Positions 19,318 to 28,920 of a DNA stretch of 64,000 bases are shown here, piece by piece (position 1 is the stretch's first letter; each line of letters starts with the position of its first letter). A model generated the notes under the pieces. That model was not told the DNA's origin. It did not search any database and saw nothing but the letters and a program-made list of their open reading frames with translations. Where the stretch lies: contig JAKAOF010000001.1 of NCBI GenBank assembly GCA_021823345.1, positions 26,062-90,061 on the forward strand, written 5' to 3'. This DNA is from Thermoplasmata archaeon. GTDB taxonomy: Archaea; Thermoplasmatota; Thermoplasmata; Lutacidiplasmatales; UBA184. The position numbers and the translations under genes were made by a program.

Positions 19318-20550
19318 CTATCCCTCTCGGTGCCGCTCTTCTTCGGTGGACCCCGCGTACTGGATGGTCGTGCCCCGACATTCCAGAAAACGCGCCAGCG
19401 CATGGAACTCTGAGTTCATCGAGCGACGAACGGATGCGGACAAGGGGGCAAAGGGGCGGACCTCCACCTGCAGTCGATCCGCCTCGCTCCGATGGTTCCA
19501 AGTACCGATGATCTCCCCGTCGACCAGCAGCACGGGGGAGATCCACCCCTGCGGCCGATAGACCTTCCCATGATGGTGGGGTGGGACAAGATGTTGTCGT
19601 TCATGGTGCCCCAGGATGTAGGAGTCAAAGTAGGGGAGAATGCGGAGGGTCCGCCGTTCCGTGGGGACCCTTTGCAGGACCGGGAGGTCCTTCCGAAGGA
19701 TCCACGCCGTCCCGCCGTCCACTTCGACGGGCGCCAGTTCGTTCGTTAGGCGCGTCCATATGTCCTGGGCATCGGAGTGCCGCATCTGGGTCCACGCCAC
19801 GAAGTCCCGGGGTTGTGCGGGCCCGAAGCTCCGGAGGTAGATCCGGAGAAGCTCCTCCTCGGCGCGGGCTACGGGGATGTCTCGATAGTGCGGTATCCAT
19901 GCGTCGGCCCGTACGAACGTGCTGACATTCCCGCTACCCGGTCCCGCGCAGACGACTCCCCGAGCGCCCGTGAGGTGGAGGAGGAAGTTCACCGGGAGGA
20001 AGAGGTCTCGGGTGCGGACCCAGGGGATCCGCCGTTCGTTCCCCCATCCCGCGCCCGAGGCCCGATCGACGACCCGTCCGCCCAGCCGGCGCGCCAGTTG
20101 GTGCCCGAGCTCGGTCTGCGTGCGCGGCTCATCGAGGCATGCGAGAAGGCCTTCGAGGGTCTCCTCCAGCGCCGCAGGAGGCACATTCCTTCGCAGTGCC
20201 CATCGCACCTCCTTCTCGGCCCGGGCCGCAGAGCCCCGTACGAACACGGACAGTTCTCGAGCGGGAAGGAGGAAGACCGTCCTCCGCATCGCCCAGGCCC
20301 GGACCAACGTGCGATCCTTCCAGAGCGCCCGTTCGATGTCCTCTTGACGCAACTGGGCGATCCGCGCCCAGATCGAGATCGATGCCGCCGGGGCGAGTTG
20401 GGCTTGGGCTCCGCCCATGGCGGAGACCACCGACGTAAGCTCCCGACGGAGCCCGCGTCGGGCCAGGTGATGGCGCTGCAGCCGGAACGAGTGGACCGCT
20501 TCCCGGGTGACCCGCGTGCCTTGGACCCGCTGTCTCGGCTTGCCGCCCAT
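19318..20550 (-). CDS. winged-helix DNA-binding domain protein, DUF1006/HTH_42 (AlkZ/YcaQ-like DNA glycosylase family)
   Basis: 410 aa. Overall pattern (QxQ region, R..WA..R.....LP, YFDSYILGH) resembles the YcaQ/AlkZ family. Assignment from memory of family features. Confidence 0.5.
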   Translation of the reverse strand: MGGKPRQRVQGTRVTREAVHSFRLQRHHLARRGLRRELTSVVSAMGGAQAQLAPAASISIWARIAQLRQEDIERALWKDRTLVRAWAMRRTVFLLPARELSVFVRGSAARAEKEVRWALRRNVPPAALEETLEGLLACLDEPRTQTELGHQLARRLGGRVVDRASGAGWGNERRIPWVRTRDLFLPVNFLLHLTGARGVVCAGPGSGNVSTFVRADAWIPHYRDIPVARAEEELLRIYLRSFGPAQPRDFVAWTQMRHSDAQDIWTRLTNELAPVEVDGGTAWILRKDLPVLQRVPTERRTLRILPYFDSYILGHHERQHLVPPHHHGKVYRPQGWISPVLLVDGEIIGTWNHRSEADRLQVEVRPFAPLSASVRRSMNSEFHALARFLECRGTTIQYAGSTEEERHREG

Positions 20551-20630
20551 GACCGACCGACATGAGGGAGCAGAAAATAAGCACGGGGATGCTCCGAAGA
20601 CCCCCTTGCGGTCCCTTGATAGATCCGGTC

Positions 20631-22412
20631 TCAGGACGCGGGTTCGTAGTAGTACTCGCCCTTCGACTTCTGTTCGCGGTCCAACGCGGAGCCCGCCTTG
20701 TTCACCCGGGGACGCAACGTCTCCTCATCCCGTCGGAACGTGACCTCGACCGCCCGCAGGAGCTGGTTCATGCCTTCCCGCATGACGAACGGCCCCTCTC
20801 CCCGCCCCTCCCGTTTCCCGTCGGCGCCTTCGGCGTGGAAGACCATCAGGCTGTCCGCCAGCAGGTCGAGGAAGTAGACGTCGTGGTCGACCACCAGGGT
20901 GGAGGCGCCCCTTCGCTCTGCGGACCTTCGGATCACCTTGGCGGCGTTCATCCGTTCGTCGGTGTCGAGGTACGCGGAGGGTTCGTCAAGCAAGTAGAGG
21001 GTGGCTTCCATCGCCAGGGAAAGAGCAATGGCGACACGCTGAAGTTCCCCTCCGGAAAGCTTGTTGAGGGGGGTCTCCAGGAGCGGGCGGAGCGACAGGC
21101 TCCCGACGAGGTCGGTCTCGAAGAAGGAAAGATCGAAGTCCTTCCCGGCGGAGAGGGCCATCACACGGTCTTTGAGGCACCAGTCCCCCTGGGCCTTCAG
21201 GTACTGGGGCTTGTAGCTCACTTTGACGGCCGGAGGGGACTCCCCATTGGTCGGGGGTTCCACCCCGGCGAGCATTTTCACGAAGGTGGTCTTCCCGGTG
21301 CTGTTCGGCCCCACGACCCCCACGGTCTCCCCCTTGTGGAAGGCTCCACCCGACACCTGCACCCGGAAGGCCGGGTACTGCTTCACCATCGAACCGAAGG
21401 TGACCAGGGGGACCCGGGCGGACGACGGCTTGGGGGGGTGGGAGGTGAAAACGACCGGCTCGGTGCGGAACCGTACGTTCTCCTCCCGAAGGTATCCGGA
21501 AAGGTAGGTGTTGATCGCGGTGCGTGTGGCCAAGGGGTGGGAAACGACCCCGAACGCGGCCGCCTCCCCATAAAGGAGGTGCACCCGGTCGGCGAGGTAG
21601 TCGAGGATCGCGAGGTCGTGCTCGATGATCACGACCGAACGCTCCTCCCCGAGCTCGCGCAGGAGCCGGGCGACGGTGAGCCGGTTGATGACGTCGAGGT
21701 AGCTCGAGGGCTCATCGAAGAAGTACACGTCCACGTCGGATGCGAGCGTCCGCGCGATGGCGGCCAACTGTAGCTCTCCCCCGGAGATCTCGGAGAGCTT
21801 CTTCGAACGGGCGGCGGAGAGCCCGGTGCGCTCGAGGGCCCGCGCCGCACGGTCCCCTCCAGATTCCACGAAGTCCGCGATCGTTTCCTCCTGGGTCGCC
21901 AGGCTGTCCACGTACTGCGGTTTCACCGCCGTCCGGATCTCCTTGCGGGAAAGCCGACGGAAGTAGGAGTGCATCTCCGTGCCCCGGTAGTACTCGAGCA
22001 CTTTCGACATGTCCGAGGGCTGCTCGAAGTTCCCGAGGTTCGGGGTCTCCTCTCCGGAGAGGATCCGGAGTGCCGTTGTCTTCCCGATCCCGTTCGATCC
22101 AAGCAGACCGACCGTACCCTCACCGCCGACCGCGGGGAGTCGGAAGAGCCGGAACGCGTTCTGGCCGTAGCGGTGGACCATCTCGCCCTCCGCCGCCTCG
22201 GGGGTGTTGAGGATCTTGATGGCGGTGTACGGGCACTTGTGCACACAGATGCCGCAGCCGATGCACAGGTCCTCGGAGATGATGGGCTTCGTGTCCGAGC
22301 CCCAGACGATACACTCCTGGCCCATCCGGACCGGGGGGCAGTACGACCGGCACTCCCCCTGGCACTCCTTCGGGTGACATCGGTCGGTGAGCAGTACGGC
22401 GATGCGCGTCAC
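20631..22412 (-). CDS. abcE1: ribosome recycling ATPase ABCE1 (RNase L inhibitor homolog)
   Basis: N-terminal double 4Fe-4S domain (CxxCxxCxxxCP x2), then two ABC cassettes (Walker A GPNGIGKTT / GPNSTGKTT, LSGGELQ signature). Confidence 0.95.
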   Translation of the reverse strand: MTRIAVLLTDRCHPKECQGECRSYCPPVRMGQECIVWGSDTKPIISEDLCIGCGICVHKCPYTAIKILNTPEAAEGEMVHRYGQNAFRLFRLPAVGGEGTVGLLGSNGIGKTTALRILSGEETPNLGNFEQPSDMSKVLEYYRGTEMHSYFRRLSRKEIRTAVKPQYVDSLATQEETIADFVESGGDRAARALERTGLSAARSKKLSEISGGELQLAAIARTLASDVDVYFFDEPSSYLDVINRLTVARLLRELGEERSVVIIEHDLAILDYLADRVHLLYGEAAAFGVVSHPLATRTAINTYLSGYLREENVRFRTEPVVFTSHPPKPSSARVPLVTFGSMVKQYPAFRVQVSGGAFHKGETVGVVGPNSTGKTTFVKMLAGVEPPTNGESPPAVKVSYKPQYLKAQGDWCLKDRVMALSAGKDFDLSFFETDLVGSLSLRPLLETPLNKLSGGELQRVAIALSLAMEATLYLLDEPSAYLDTDERMNAAKVIRRSAERRGASTLVVDHDVYFLDLLADSLMVFHAEGADGKREGRGEGPFVMREGMNQLLRAVEVTFRRDEETLRPRVNKAGSALDREQKSKGEYYYEPAS

Positions 22413-22436
22413 TTCGTTCTTCCTCGGGAGCCCCGA

Positions 22437-23732
22437 TCAGGGGGCCAGGGTGGGCAGCGTGATGTCCCGGACCCCTCCCATGTAGGGCCGCAAGACCTCC
22501 GGCAACGCGATCCGGCCATCGGTCGTCGCGAAATTCTCGATGATGGCGACCAGTGCCCTCGGAGTGGCGACCATCGTGGAGTTCAGCGTGTGGGGGACGA
22601 CCTTGCCGGGCTTGCCGCGCTTCCCCAGGCGGATCCCGAGGCGTCGCGCCTGATAGTCCGTGCAGTTCGAGCAGCTCACGAGCTCCCGGTACTTTCCCTG
22701 TCGGGGGAACCAGCCCTCGAGATCGTACTTCTTGGCCGCCACGATCCCGAGGTCTCCCGTGCAGACGTTCACCACCCGGTAGGCGATGCCCAGCCGCTGC
22801 AGGAACTCCTCCGCGTTCGTCCGGAGCTCCTCGTGGATCTTCGGAGAATCCTCCGGGGCGCAGAAGACGAACTGTTCGATCTTTTGGAACTGGTGGACGC
22901 GGAACGCCCCCTTCTGGTCGACCCCATGGCCCCCGATCTCCTTGCGAAAGCACGGAGAGATCCCGGCCAGGCGGATCGGGAGACGGTCCTCGTCCAGGAT
23001 CTCGCCCATGTGCAGGGCCGCGATGGGGTGCTCGCTCGTGGCGATGAGGTAGAGGTCCTCCCCTTCGATCCGGTACATGACGTTCTCGAAGTCCGCGAGG
23101 TCGGTGACCCCCTCGTACGGGGCCCGGCGCAGCATGTAGGGCGGGATGACGGGGGTGAACCCCTTCTGGACGAGCATGTCCATGGCGAGTCGCTGGACGG
23201 CCATGTCCAGTTGGACGAGCGGTCCCATCAGGTAGTAGAATCCCGCTCCGCTGTTGCGGCGGGCGCGTTCAAAGTCCCCGAGGCCGTGCGACTCGAGGTA
23301 CTCCCCATGCGGGGGAAGGTCCGCCGGGGCGGTGCGTTTCTCTCCCCACTCCTGTATGACCTGGTTCTCTGTATCGTCCTTCCCATAGGGGACCGAGTCG
23401 TCGAGCAGGTTCGGGAGCCCCATGAGCAGCTCCCGGCGGCGCTGTTCGAAGAGCGCCTCCCGGGCCTCGAGCTCGGTGAGTTGGGCGGGAAGGCTATCGG
23501 CCTCCCGGCGCAGCGCGGTCGTGTCCGCCCCCGCCTTCTTCGCCTCGGAGAACTCCTTGGACACGGTGTTTCGCCGTCGGCGGATATCCCCCGCCTCTTG
23601 CTGGGCCTTCCGCCAATCCCGGTCCACCGCGAGGAGCTCGGCGAAGCGGGCAAGGTACGGGTCATTCCGCCGGCGGGCGATGTTGGCCCGCACTCGTTCG
23701 GGGTCGCTCCGGATGAGATCGATGTCCAGCAT
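22437..23732 (-). CDS. serS: seryl-tRNA synthetase
   Basis: 431 aa, N-terminal coiled-coil arm, class II motifs (FRxE, GxGxGxxR-like). Confidence 0.9.
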   Translation of the reverse strand: MLDIDLIRSDPERVRANIARRRNDPYLARFAELLAVDRDWRKAQQEAGDIRRRRNTVSKEFSEAKKAGADTTALRREADSLPAQLTELEAREALFEQRRRELLMGLPNLLDDSVPYGKDDTENQVIQEWGEKRTAPADLPPHGEYLESHGLGDFERARRNSGAGFYYLMGPLVQLDMAVQRLAMDMLVQKGFTPVIPPYMLRRAPYEGVTDLADFENVMYRIEGEDLYLIATSEHPIAALHMGEILDEDRLPIRLAGISPCFRKEIGGHGVDQKGAFRVHQFQKIEQFVFCAPEDSPKIHEELRTNAEEFLQRLGIAYRVVNVCTGDLGIVAAKKYDLEGWFPRQGKYRELVSCSNCTDYQARRLGIRLGKRGKPGKVVPHTLNSTMVATPRALVAIIENFATTDGRIALPEVLRPYMGGVRDITLPTLAP

Positions 23733-23743
23733 GCGTTCTCCCC

Positions 23744-24781
23744 CTACTGCCCCACGCGCACAAGAACCTTGCCGAAGACGTCCCCTTCCTGGAACCGTTG
23801 GAGCGCGGCCTTCCCTTCGTCCAGCGGGAAGACCCTATCGATGACGGGGCGGAACTTGCCCTCCGAGAGCAGTCGGTAGACCTCCCGGAACTCTGCTCGG
23901 GTCGCCATCGTGCTCCCCCGGAGCGACGCTCCGCGCCAGAAGAGCCCTCGCAGATCGATCTCGACCACCGGTCCGGTGGTGGCTCCGCAGAAGACCAGAC
24001 GGCCCCCCCGGGAAAGCGCACGGGTGGAAGCGCCGAACGTCGCTTTTCCCGTGGAGTCGAAGAGGACATCAAAGCCCCGCTTACCCGAAGCTTCCCAGAG
24101 CACTTTCGAGAGCTTCTGGGGATCATCGTAGACGATGACCTCGTCCGCCCCGAGGGAGCGGGCTTTCGCGGCCTTCTCGGTCGAACGGGTGACGACCACC
24201 GTGTGGGCCCCGAAGTGGCGCGCGACCTGTTGGGCGGCCGTGACGAGGCCGCCGCCCGCCCCCATGATCGCCACGCGGTCCCCTTCCCGCACCTCCCCCA
24301 CTGTTCGCAGGGCGTGCCAGGCCGTCATGAAGACGAGCGCAACCCCGGCAGCTTCTTCGAATCCGAGCCGCGGAGGGAGGGGGACCACATTGACCCGGGG
24401 GACGACCAGGTACTCGGCCGCCGTGCCGTTCGTGTGCTCGCCCACGATGCGATAGTTCGTGCAGAAGTTCTCGAGGCCCTTGCGGCAATACTCGCACGTT
24501 CCGTCAGCGAGGGAGGGGTCGACCATCACCTTCTGACCCACGAGCGAGGGCTCGACCCCCGCTCCCACGCGGTCCACGACCCCCGCGCCGTCCCCTCCGA
24601 GCACGTGCGGAAGTGGGATCGGGATCCCCGGGATCCCTTCGAGGGTGAACAGATCGAGGTGGTTGAAGCCGGCGGCCCGGATGGCGACCCGGACCTCTCC
24701 AGGGCCCGGTTCCGGATCGGGAAGGGTGAGCAAACGAATCTTCTCTAGTCCTCCGTGCTGCTCGAACCCGAGGGCCTTCAC
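23744..24781 (-). CDS. Zn-dependent alcohol dehydrogenase/quinone oxidoreductase (MDR family)
   Basis: C-terminal 345 aa of track ORF 23744..25945 form a complete MDR (GHxxxG, GAGGGLV Rossmann). Proposed GTG start at 24781 abuts the cysS stop. The upstream 388 aa of the track ORF are antisense to cysS. Confidence 0.7.
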   Translation of the reverse strand: MKALGFEQHGGLEKIRLLTLPDPEPGPGEVRVAIRAAGFNHLDLFTLEGIPGIPIPLPHVLGGDGAGVVDRVGAGVEPSLVGQKVMVDPSLADGTCEYCRKGLENFCTNYRIVGEHTNGTAAEYLVVPRVNVVPLPPRLGFEEAAGVALVFMTAWHALRTVGEVREGDRVAIMGAGGGLVTAAQQVARHFGAHTVVVTRSTEKAAKARSLGADEVIVYDDPQKLSKVLWEASGKRGFDVLFDSTGKATFGASTRALSRGGRLVFCGATTGPVVEIDLRGLFWRGASLRGSTMATRAEFREVYRLLSEGKFRPVIDRVFPLDEGKAALQRFQEGDVFGKVLVRVGQ

Positions 24782-26289
24782 GTCTTGAGCCTCCACTTGG
24801 GGCCGTGGGCAGAGTCCTCGACCTCGATGCCCGCCTCGGACAGCTGCTTCCGGATGCGGTCCGCCTCCGCATAGTCCTTGCGCTGCTTGGCCTGAGCCCG
24901 GCATTCGAGGGCGAGCTCCACCGCTGCGGAAAGGCTGGCGGCCGAATCGCGGGAACGGGCGGGGGAGAAGTAGCCGAGGACCGTGCTGGCGAGGTCGTAG
25001 GGGCGCAGGAGCGCCACCAGATCCTCCTCCTGGAGGGAGCGCCCCTGCGCCTCGAGCGTGGCGTGGAGCTCGGAGTTGAACGAGAAGAGTCGCGCTGTCG
25101 CTTCGCGTACGTTGAAATCGTCCAAGAGGGCGTTCATCATCTCGTCCTCGACCCGGTCTCCGGATCGGTGCTGGGGGTCGGCAGGATACAGTAGCGGGGC
25201 CCGATCGATCCACTCCCGGAAGTCCTGGAAGTACGCCCGGCCCCCTCCGGGGAGCGGCACCTCCCGCGGGAACGTCTTCGCGAGGTTTTCTTCGATCTGG
25301 GAGATCAACCGGTCGTAGCCGACCCGGAGGGTCTCGAGAGCTCGCCCCGCTTCCTCGAGCGATTCCGGCCCGAGGTAGTCGAGAGGGCTCCGGTAGTGTG
25401 CGCTGAGGAGGAAGTAGCGGACGACCTCGGGGCGGAACTGACGTAGGGTCTCGTCGAGGCCGACAACGTTCCCGAGGGACTTCGACATCTTCTCGCCCCG
25501 CATGTTCAGCATGTTGTGATGCATCCAGATCGAGGCCAGCGGCGACTTCCCGGTCGCCCCCTCGGCCTGCGCGATCTCGGCCTCGTGGTGAGGGAACTTG
25601 AGCTCCATGCCTCCGCCGTGGATGTCGTAGCGGCTCCCGAGGACGTTCACCGCGATGGCCGTGTCCTCGATGTGCCAGCCCGGACGGCCATCCCCCCACG
25701 GGCTCTTCCACCGGGGCCCCAGCTTCTCGCCCTTCCACAGGGCAAAGTCCTCGGGGGCTCGCTTGCGGGGGTTCACCTCGATGCGCACCCCGGGCTCCAG
25801 CATCTCCATCCGTTGCCCGGAGAGCGCGCCGAAGGCGGGAAAGCTCCCCACGTCGTAGTACACATCGCCGTCGGAGGCATAGGCGTGGCCCTTCGCGATG
25901 AGCGTCTCGATCTGCTCGAGGATCTCGTTCACGTAGTCGGTGCATCGGGCGTAGAAGTTGACCGAGTCCACGTGGAGCCGTCGCATCGACTGGAGGTAGG
26001 ATTGGAAGTTGCCCTCGGAGATCGCGTTCCAGTCGCGCCCTTCCTCCGTGGCGATCTTCAGCACCTTGTCGTCGATGTCGGTGACGTTCTGGAGGTAGAA
26101 CACGTGGTAGCCGACCCGGCGCAGGAGCTTCGCCACCACGTCGTAGACGACCGCGGCCCGGCCATGCCCGATGTGGGAGGGCTTGTACGGGGTGATCCCG
26201 CAGACGAACATCGAGACCCGGGGGGGGCTCAGGGGTGCTAGCTGCTCGATCTTCCCGCCCAGAGTGTTGTGGATGCGGACCGCTCTCAT
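24778..26289 (-). CDS. cysS: cysteinyl-tRNA synthetase
   Basis: HIGH (HIGHGR) and KMSKS motifs, 503 aa. Confidence 0.95.
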   Translation of the reverse strand: MRAVRIHNTLGGKIEQLAPLSPPRVSMFVCGITPYKPSHIGHGRAAVVYDVVAKLLRRVGYHVFYLQNVTDIDDKVLKIATEEGRDWNAISEGNFQSYLQSMRRLHVDSVNFYARCTDYVNEILEQIETLIAKGHAYASDGDVYYDVGSFPAFGALSGQRMEMLEPGVRIEVNPRKRAPEDFALWKGEKLGPRWKSPWGDGRPGWHIEDTAIAVNVLGSRYDIHGGGMELKFPHHEAEIAQAEGATGKSPLASIWMHHNMLNMRGEKMSKSLGNVVGLDETLRQFRPEVVRYFLLSAHYRSPLDYLGPESLEEAGRALETLRVGYDRLISQIEENLAKTFPREVPLPGGGRAYFQDFREWIDRAPLLYPADPQHRSGDRVEDEMMNALLDDFNVREATARLFSFNSELHATLEAQGRSLQEEDLVALLRPYDLASTVLGYFSPARSRDSAASLSAAVELALECRAQAKQRKDYAEADRIRKQLSEAGIEVEDSAHGPKWRLKT

Positions 26290-26295
26290 CCTCTT

Positions 26296-27441
26296 CTATC
26301 CTCGGAGCGCTCCGAGCACGTCGTCGACGAGGTCCTGGGGGTCCTCGATGCCGACGGAGAGGCGTAAGAGGGAATCCGTGATCCCGCGGCGTTCCCGGTC
26401 CTCCTTGGGGATCGACTGGTGGGTCATGAGCGCCGGCGCTTCGACGAGGGATTCGACCCCGCCGAGGCTCTCCCCGAGGTAGAAGTACTTGAGCCGGGAA
26501 AGGAACTTCTGCGCTTCCTCGGTCCCTCCGTTAAGTTCCATGCTGACCATCCCCCCGAAGCCGCTCATCTGGCGGCGCGCCACCTCGTGCTGGGGATGCG
26601 AAGCGAGACCCGGGTAGATGACCCGCTTCACCTGGGGCTGGTTCGTGAGCGCCTGGGCGATGGCCGTGGCCCCTGCTTGGTGGGCCCGCATGCGGGCCCC
26701 GAGGGTGTGGATCCCCCGGAGGACGAGGAAGCAATCGAGCGGGCTTGGGACCGCCCCGGCCGCGTTCTGTAGCCATTTGAGTTGCTCATAGGTTTCCTGG
26801 TCGCGGAAGACCAGCGCCCCTCCCACGATGTCGGAATGCCCCCCTAGGTATTTCGTGGTGGAGTGAAGGACGACGTCGGCACCGAGCTCGAGGGGGCGCT
26901 GAAGGTACGGGGTGGCGAAGGTGTTGTCGACCACCACGGTCGCGCCGGCGGCGTGGGCCCGGCGGGAGATCTCGGCGATATCGAGCACCGTGAGGAGCGG
27001 ATTCGTCGGGGTCTCGAAATAGACCACCCGGGCTGCGCTCTCCGATAGGGCCCGCTCCAGTTGCTCGGGCGACCGCAGGTCGACGTACTGCGGAGCCAAT
27101 CCCCAGGTGCGCCGGGCGTGTTCGAGCAGGCGGACCGTCCCGCCGTAAAGGTCGTCCCCGGCAAGGATCCGGGACCCCGATTTGAGCGACCACAGGAACG
27201 TACCGAATGCCCCGAGGCCGGAGGAGAAGGCAAGGCCGCCCACTCCTCCCTCGAGATCGGCGATCGTGCGTTCGAGGACCGCCCGCGTGGGATTCGCGGT
27301 GCGAGAGTAGTCGTAGCCCTTGGTCACCCCCGGGCTGCTCTGGGCGTAGGTGCTCGTCAGGTACACCGGCACGTTGACCGCGCCGGTCTGGGGATCTGGT
27401 TTCTGGTCCCCCCCATGGATGGCCTTGGTATCAAATCGCAT
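26296..27441 (-). CDS. cystathionine gamma-lyase/gamma-synthase family PLP enzyme
   Basis: MRFDTKAIHGG...TKYLGGHSD (PLP lysine) Cys/Met-metabolism fold. Internal ATG 27441 avoids the 83-nt overlap with the upstream gene. Confidence 0.85.
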   Translation of the reverse strand: MRFDTKAIHGGDQKPDPQTGAVNVPVYLTSTYAQSSPGVTKGYDYSRTANPTRAVLERTIADLEGGVGGLAFSSGLGAFGTFLWSLKSGSRILAGDDLYGGTVRLLEHARRTWGLAPQYVDLRSPEQLERALSESAARVVYFETPTNPLLTVLDIAEISRRAHAAGATVVVDNTFATPYLQRPLELGADVVLHSTTKYLGGHSDIVGGALVFRDQETYEQLKWLQNAAGAVPSPLDCFLVLRGIHTLGARMRAHQAGATAIAQALTNQPQVKRVIYPGLASHPQHEVARRQMSGFGGMVSMELNGGTEEAQKFLSRLKYFYLGESLGGVESLVEAPALMTHQSIPKEDRERRGITDSLLRLSVGIEDPQDLVDDVLGALRG

Positions 27442-28828
27442 TGCCGTTGCCCGAGGACAGGAAGGTGACGAGGTCGTAACGGGTAAGGAAGCCGACCACC
27501 CCTTCCCCCGCACTTCCCTGTACGATGACGGCCCGTTCCTCCTTGAGGCGGGCCATGAGGGCGGTCAGGGGGTCATTGCGCCCGATCACCGGGAAGGGGG
27601 GGCCCATCAACTGGGCGACGGTGCGTTCGATGACGGTCGCATCGCGCATGACCTCCTTGAGAAGGTCCTCCTCGAAGAGGCTCCCGACGACGGTCTCCCC
27701 GGAAAGGACCGGGAGCTGGGCGATGATGTGCTGGCGCATGGTGGCGAGGGCACCGCGGACGGAGAGGTCCGGGCCCACGGAGACGACCGGGGGCTGGAAG
27801 TCCTTGGCCTGGAGCACGTCCCCGACCTTCATCGTCTCATCCATGAACCCGTTCTCCCGCATCCAGTCATCCGAGAAGAACTTCGAAAGGTATCGGTCCC
27901 CGGAATCGGGGAAGATCACGACAACGTTCGCCTCGGGGCCCAGATGGTTGGCGTCCGCCCAGCGGATCGCCCCGGCAAGCGCCGAACCGGAGGACCCTCC
28001 GACAAAGAGCCCTTCCTCCCGCGTGAGACGTCGGGCAAGAGCGAACGACTCCCGGTCGTCCACCGTCACGAAGTCATCCAAGAACTTGAACTCCGCCGTC
28101 TTCGGGATCATGTCTTCCCCGATCCCCTCCACCTTGTAGGGGGCGGCGTGGCTCATCTCCCCCGTCCGACCAAAATGCGCCAGGATCGACCCCTTCGGGT
28201 CCACTCCGATGATCTTGGTCTGGGGTCGCTTCTCCTTGAAATAGCGTCCGACCCCGCTCGCCGTTCCGACCGTGCCGATCCCCATCACCACGGCGTGCAC
28301 GTTCCCGCCGAGCGCCTCGTAGATCTCCGGACCGGTCGTACGGTAGTGGGCCTCGGGATTCATGGGGTTCTCGTACTGGTTGGGGTAGTAGGAGTTCGGG
28401 ATCTCGATGGAGAGCTTCTTCGCCACCGAGATGTTGCTCATCGGGTGGTTGGCGGGGACCTGGGACGGGGTGATGACCACCCGGGCCCCATAGGCCTTGA
28501 GGAGGCGGATCTTCTCGGTGCTCATCTTGTCGGGAATGACGATGATGAGGCGATAGCCGCGCACCGCGGCGACCATGGCGAGGCCGACCCCCGTGTTCCC
28601 GCTCGTGGCCTCGATGATGGTGCCTCCGGGCCGAAGCCATCCCTCCTTTTCGGCCTGGTCGATCATGGAGGGGGCGATCCGGTCCTTGATGGAACCCCCC
28701 GGATTGAGGAACTCGAGCTTGGCCCAAAGCTTGTAGTCGAGTCCCTTCCCGACCCGGTTGAGCGGGACCAACGGCGTGCGACCGATGAGGTCGAGCACGC
28801 TGGCGACCGCCAAGGGACGGGGCTCCAT
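27431..28828 (-). CDS. cystathionine beta-synthase (CysK-like PLP domain + tandem CBS domains)
   Basis: GGSIKDR PLP-lysine motif, SGNTG, plus a C-terminal CBS pair. 465 aa. Confidence 0.85.
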   Translation of the reverse strand: MEPRPLAVASVLDLIGRTPLVPLNRVGKGLDYKLWAKLEFLNPGGSIKDRIAPSMIDQAEKEGWLRPGGTIIEATSGNTGVGLAMVAAVRGYRLIIVIPDKMSTEKIRLLKAYGARVVITPSQVPANHPMSNISVAKKLSIEIPNSYYPNQYENPMNPEAHYRTTGPEIYEALGGNVHAVVMGIGTVGTASGVGRYFKEKRPQTKIIGVDPKGSILAHFGRTGEMSHAAPYKVEGIGEDMIPKTAEFKFLDDFVTVDDRESFALARRLTREEGLFVGGSSGSALAGAIRWADANHLGPEANVVVIFPDSGDRYLSKFFSDDWMRENGFMDETMKVGDVLQAKDFQPPVVSVGPDLSVRGALATMRQHIIAQLPVLSGETVVGSLFEEDLLKEVMRDATVIERTVAQLMGPPFPVIGRNDPLTALMARLKEERAVIVQGSAGEGVVGFLTRYDLVTFLSSGNGNAI

Positions 28829-28920
28829 GGTGGGAGTCTATGCGCCTCCGTTCTTAAGGTGATTCGGACCCGTCACCCGACTCGGTCGCGACCGAGTCGG
28901 TGCGGGGGAGACCTCGGGGA

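Noticed and set aside
21969-23879. 636-aa plus-strand ORF antisense to serS
   Set aside because: Low-complexity, no motifs. SerRS on the opposite strand is unambiguous.
23744-25945. 733-aa track ORF suggesting a large fusion protein
   Set aside because: Only the C-terminal 345 aa are a coherent MDR alcohol dehydrogenase. The N-terminal 388 aa are an Arg/Pro/Gly-rich antisense read-through of cysS. I trimmed to the GTG at 24781.
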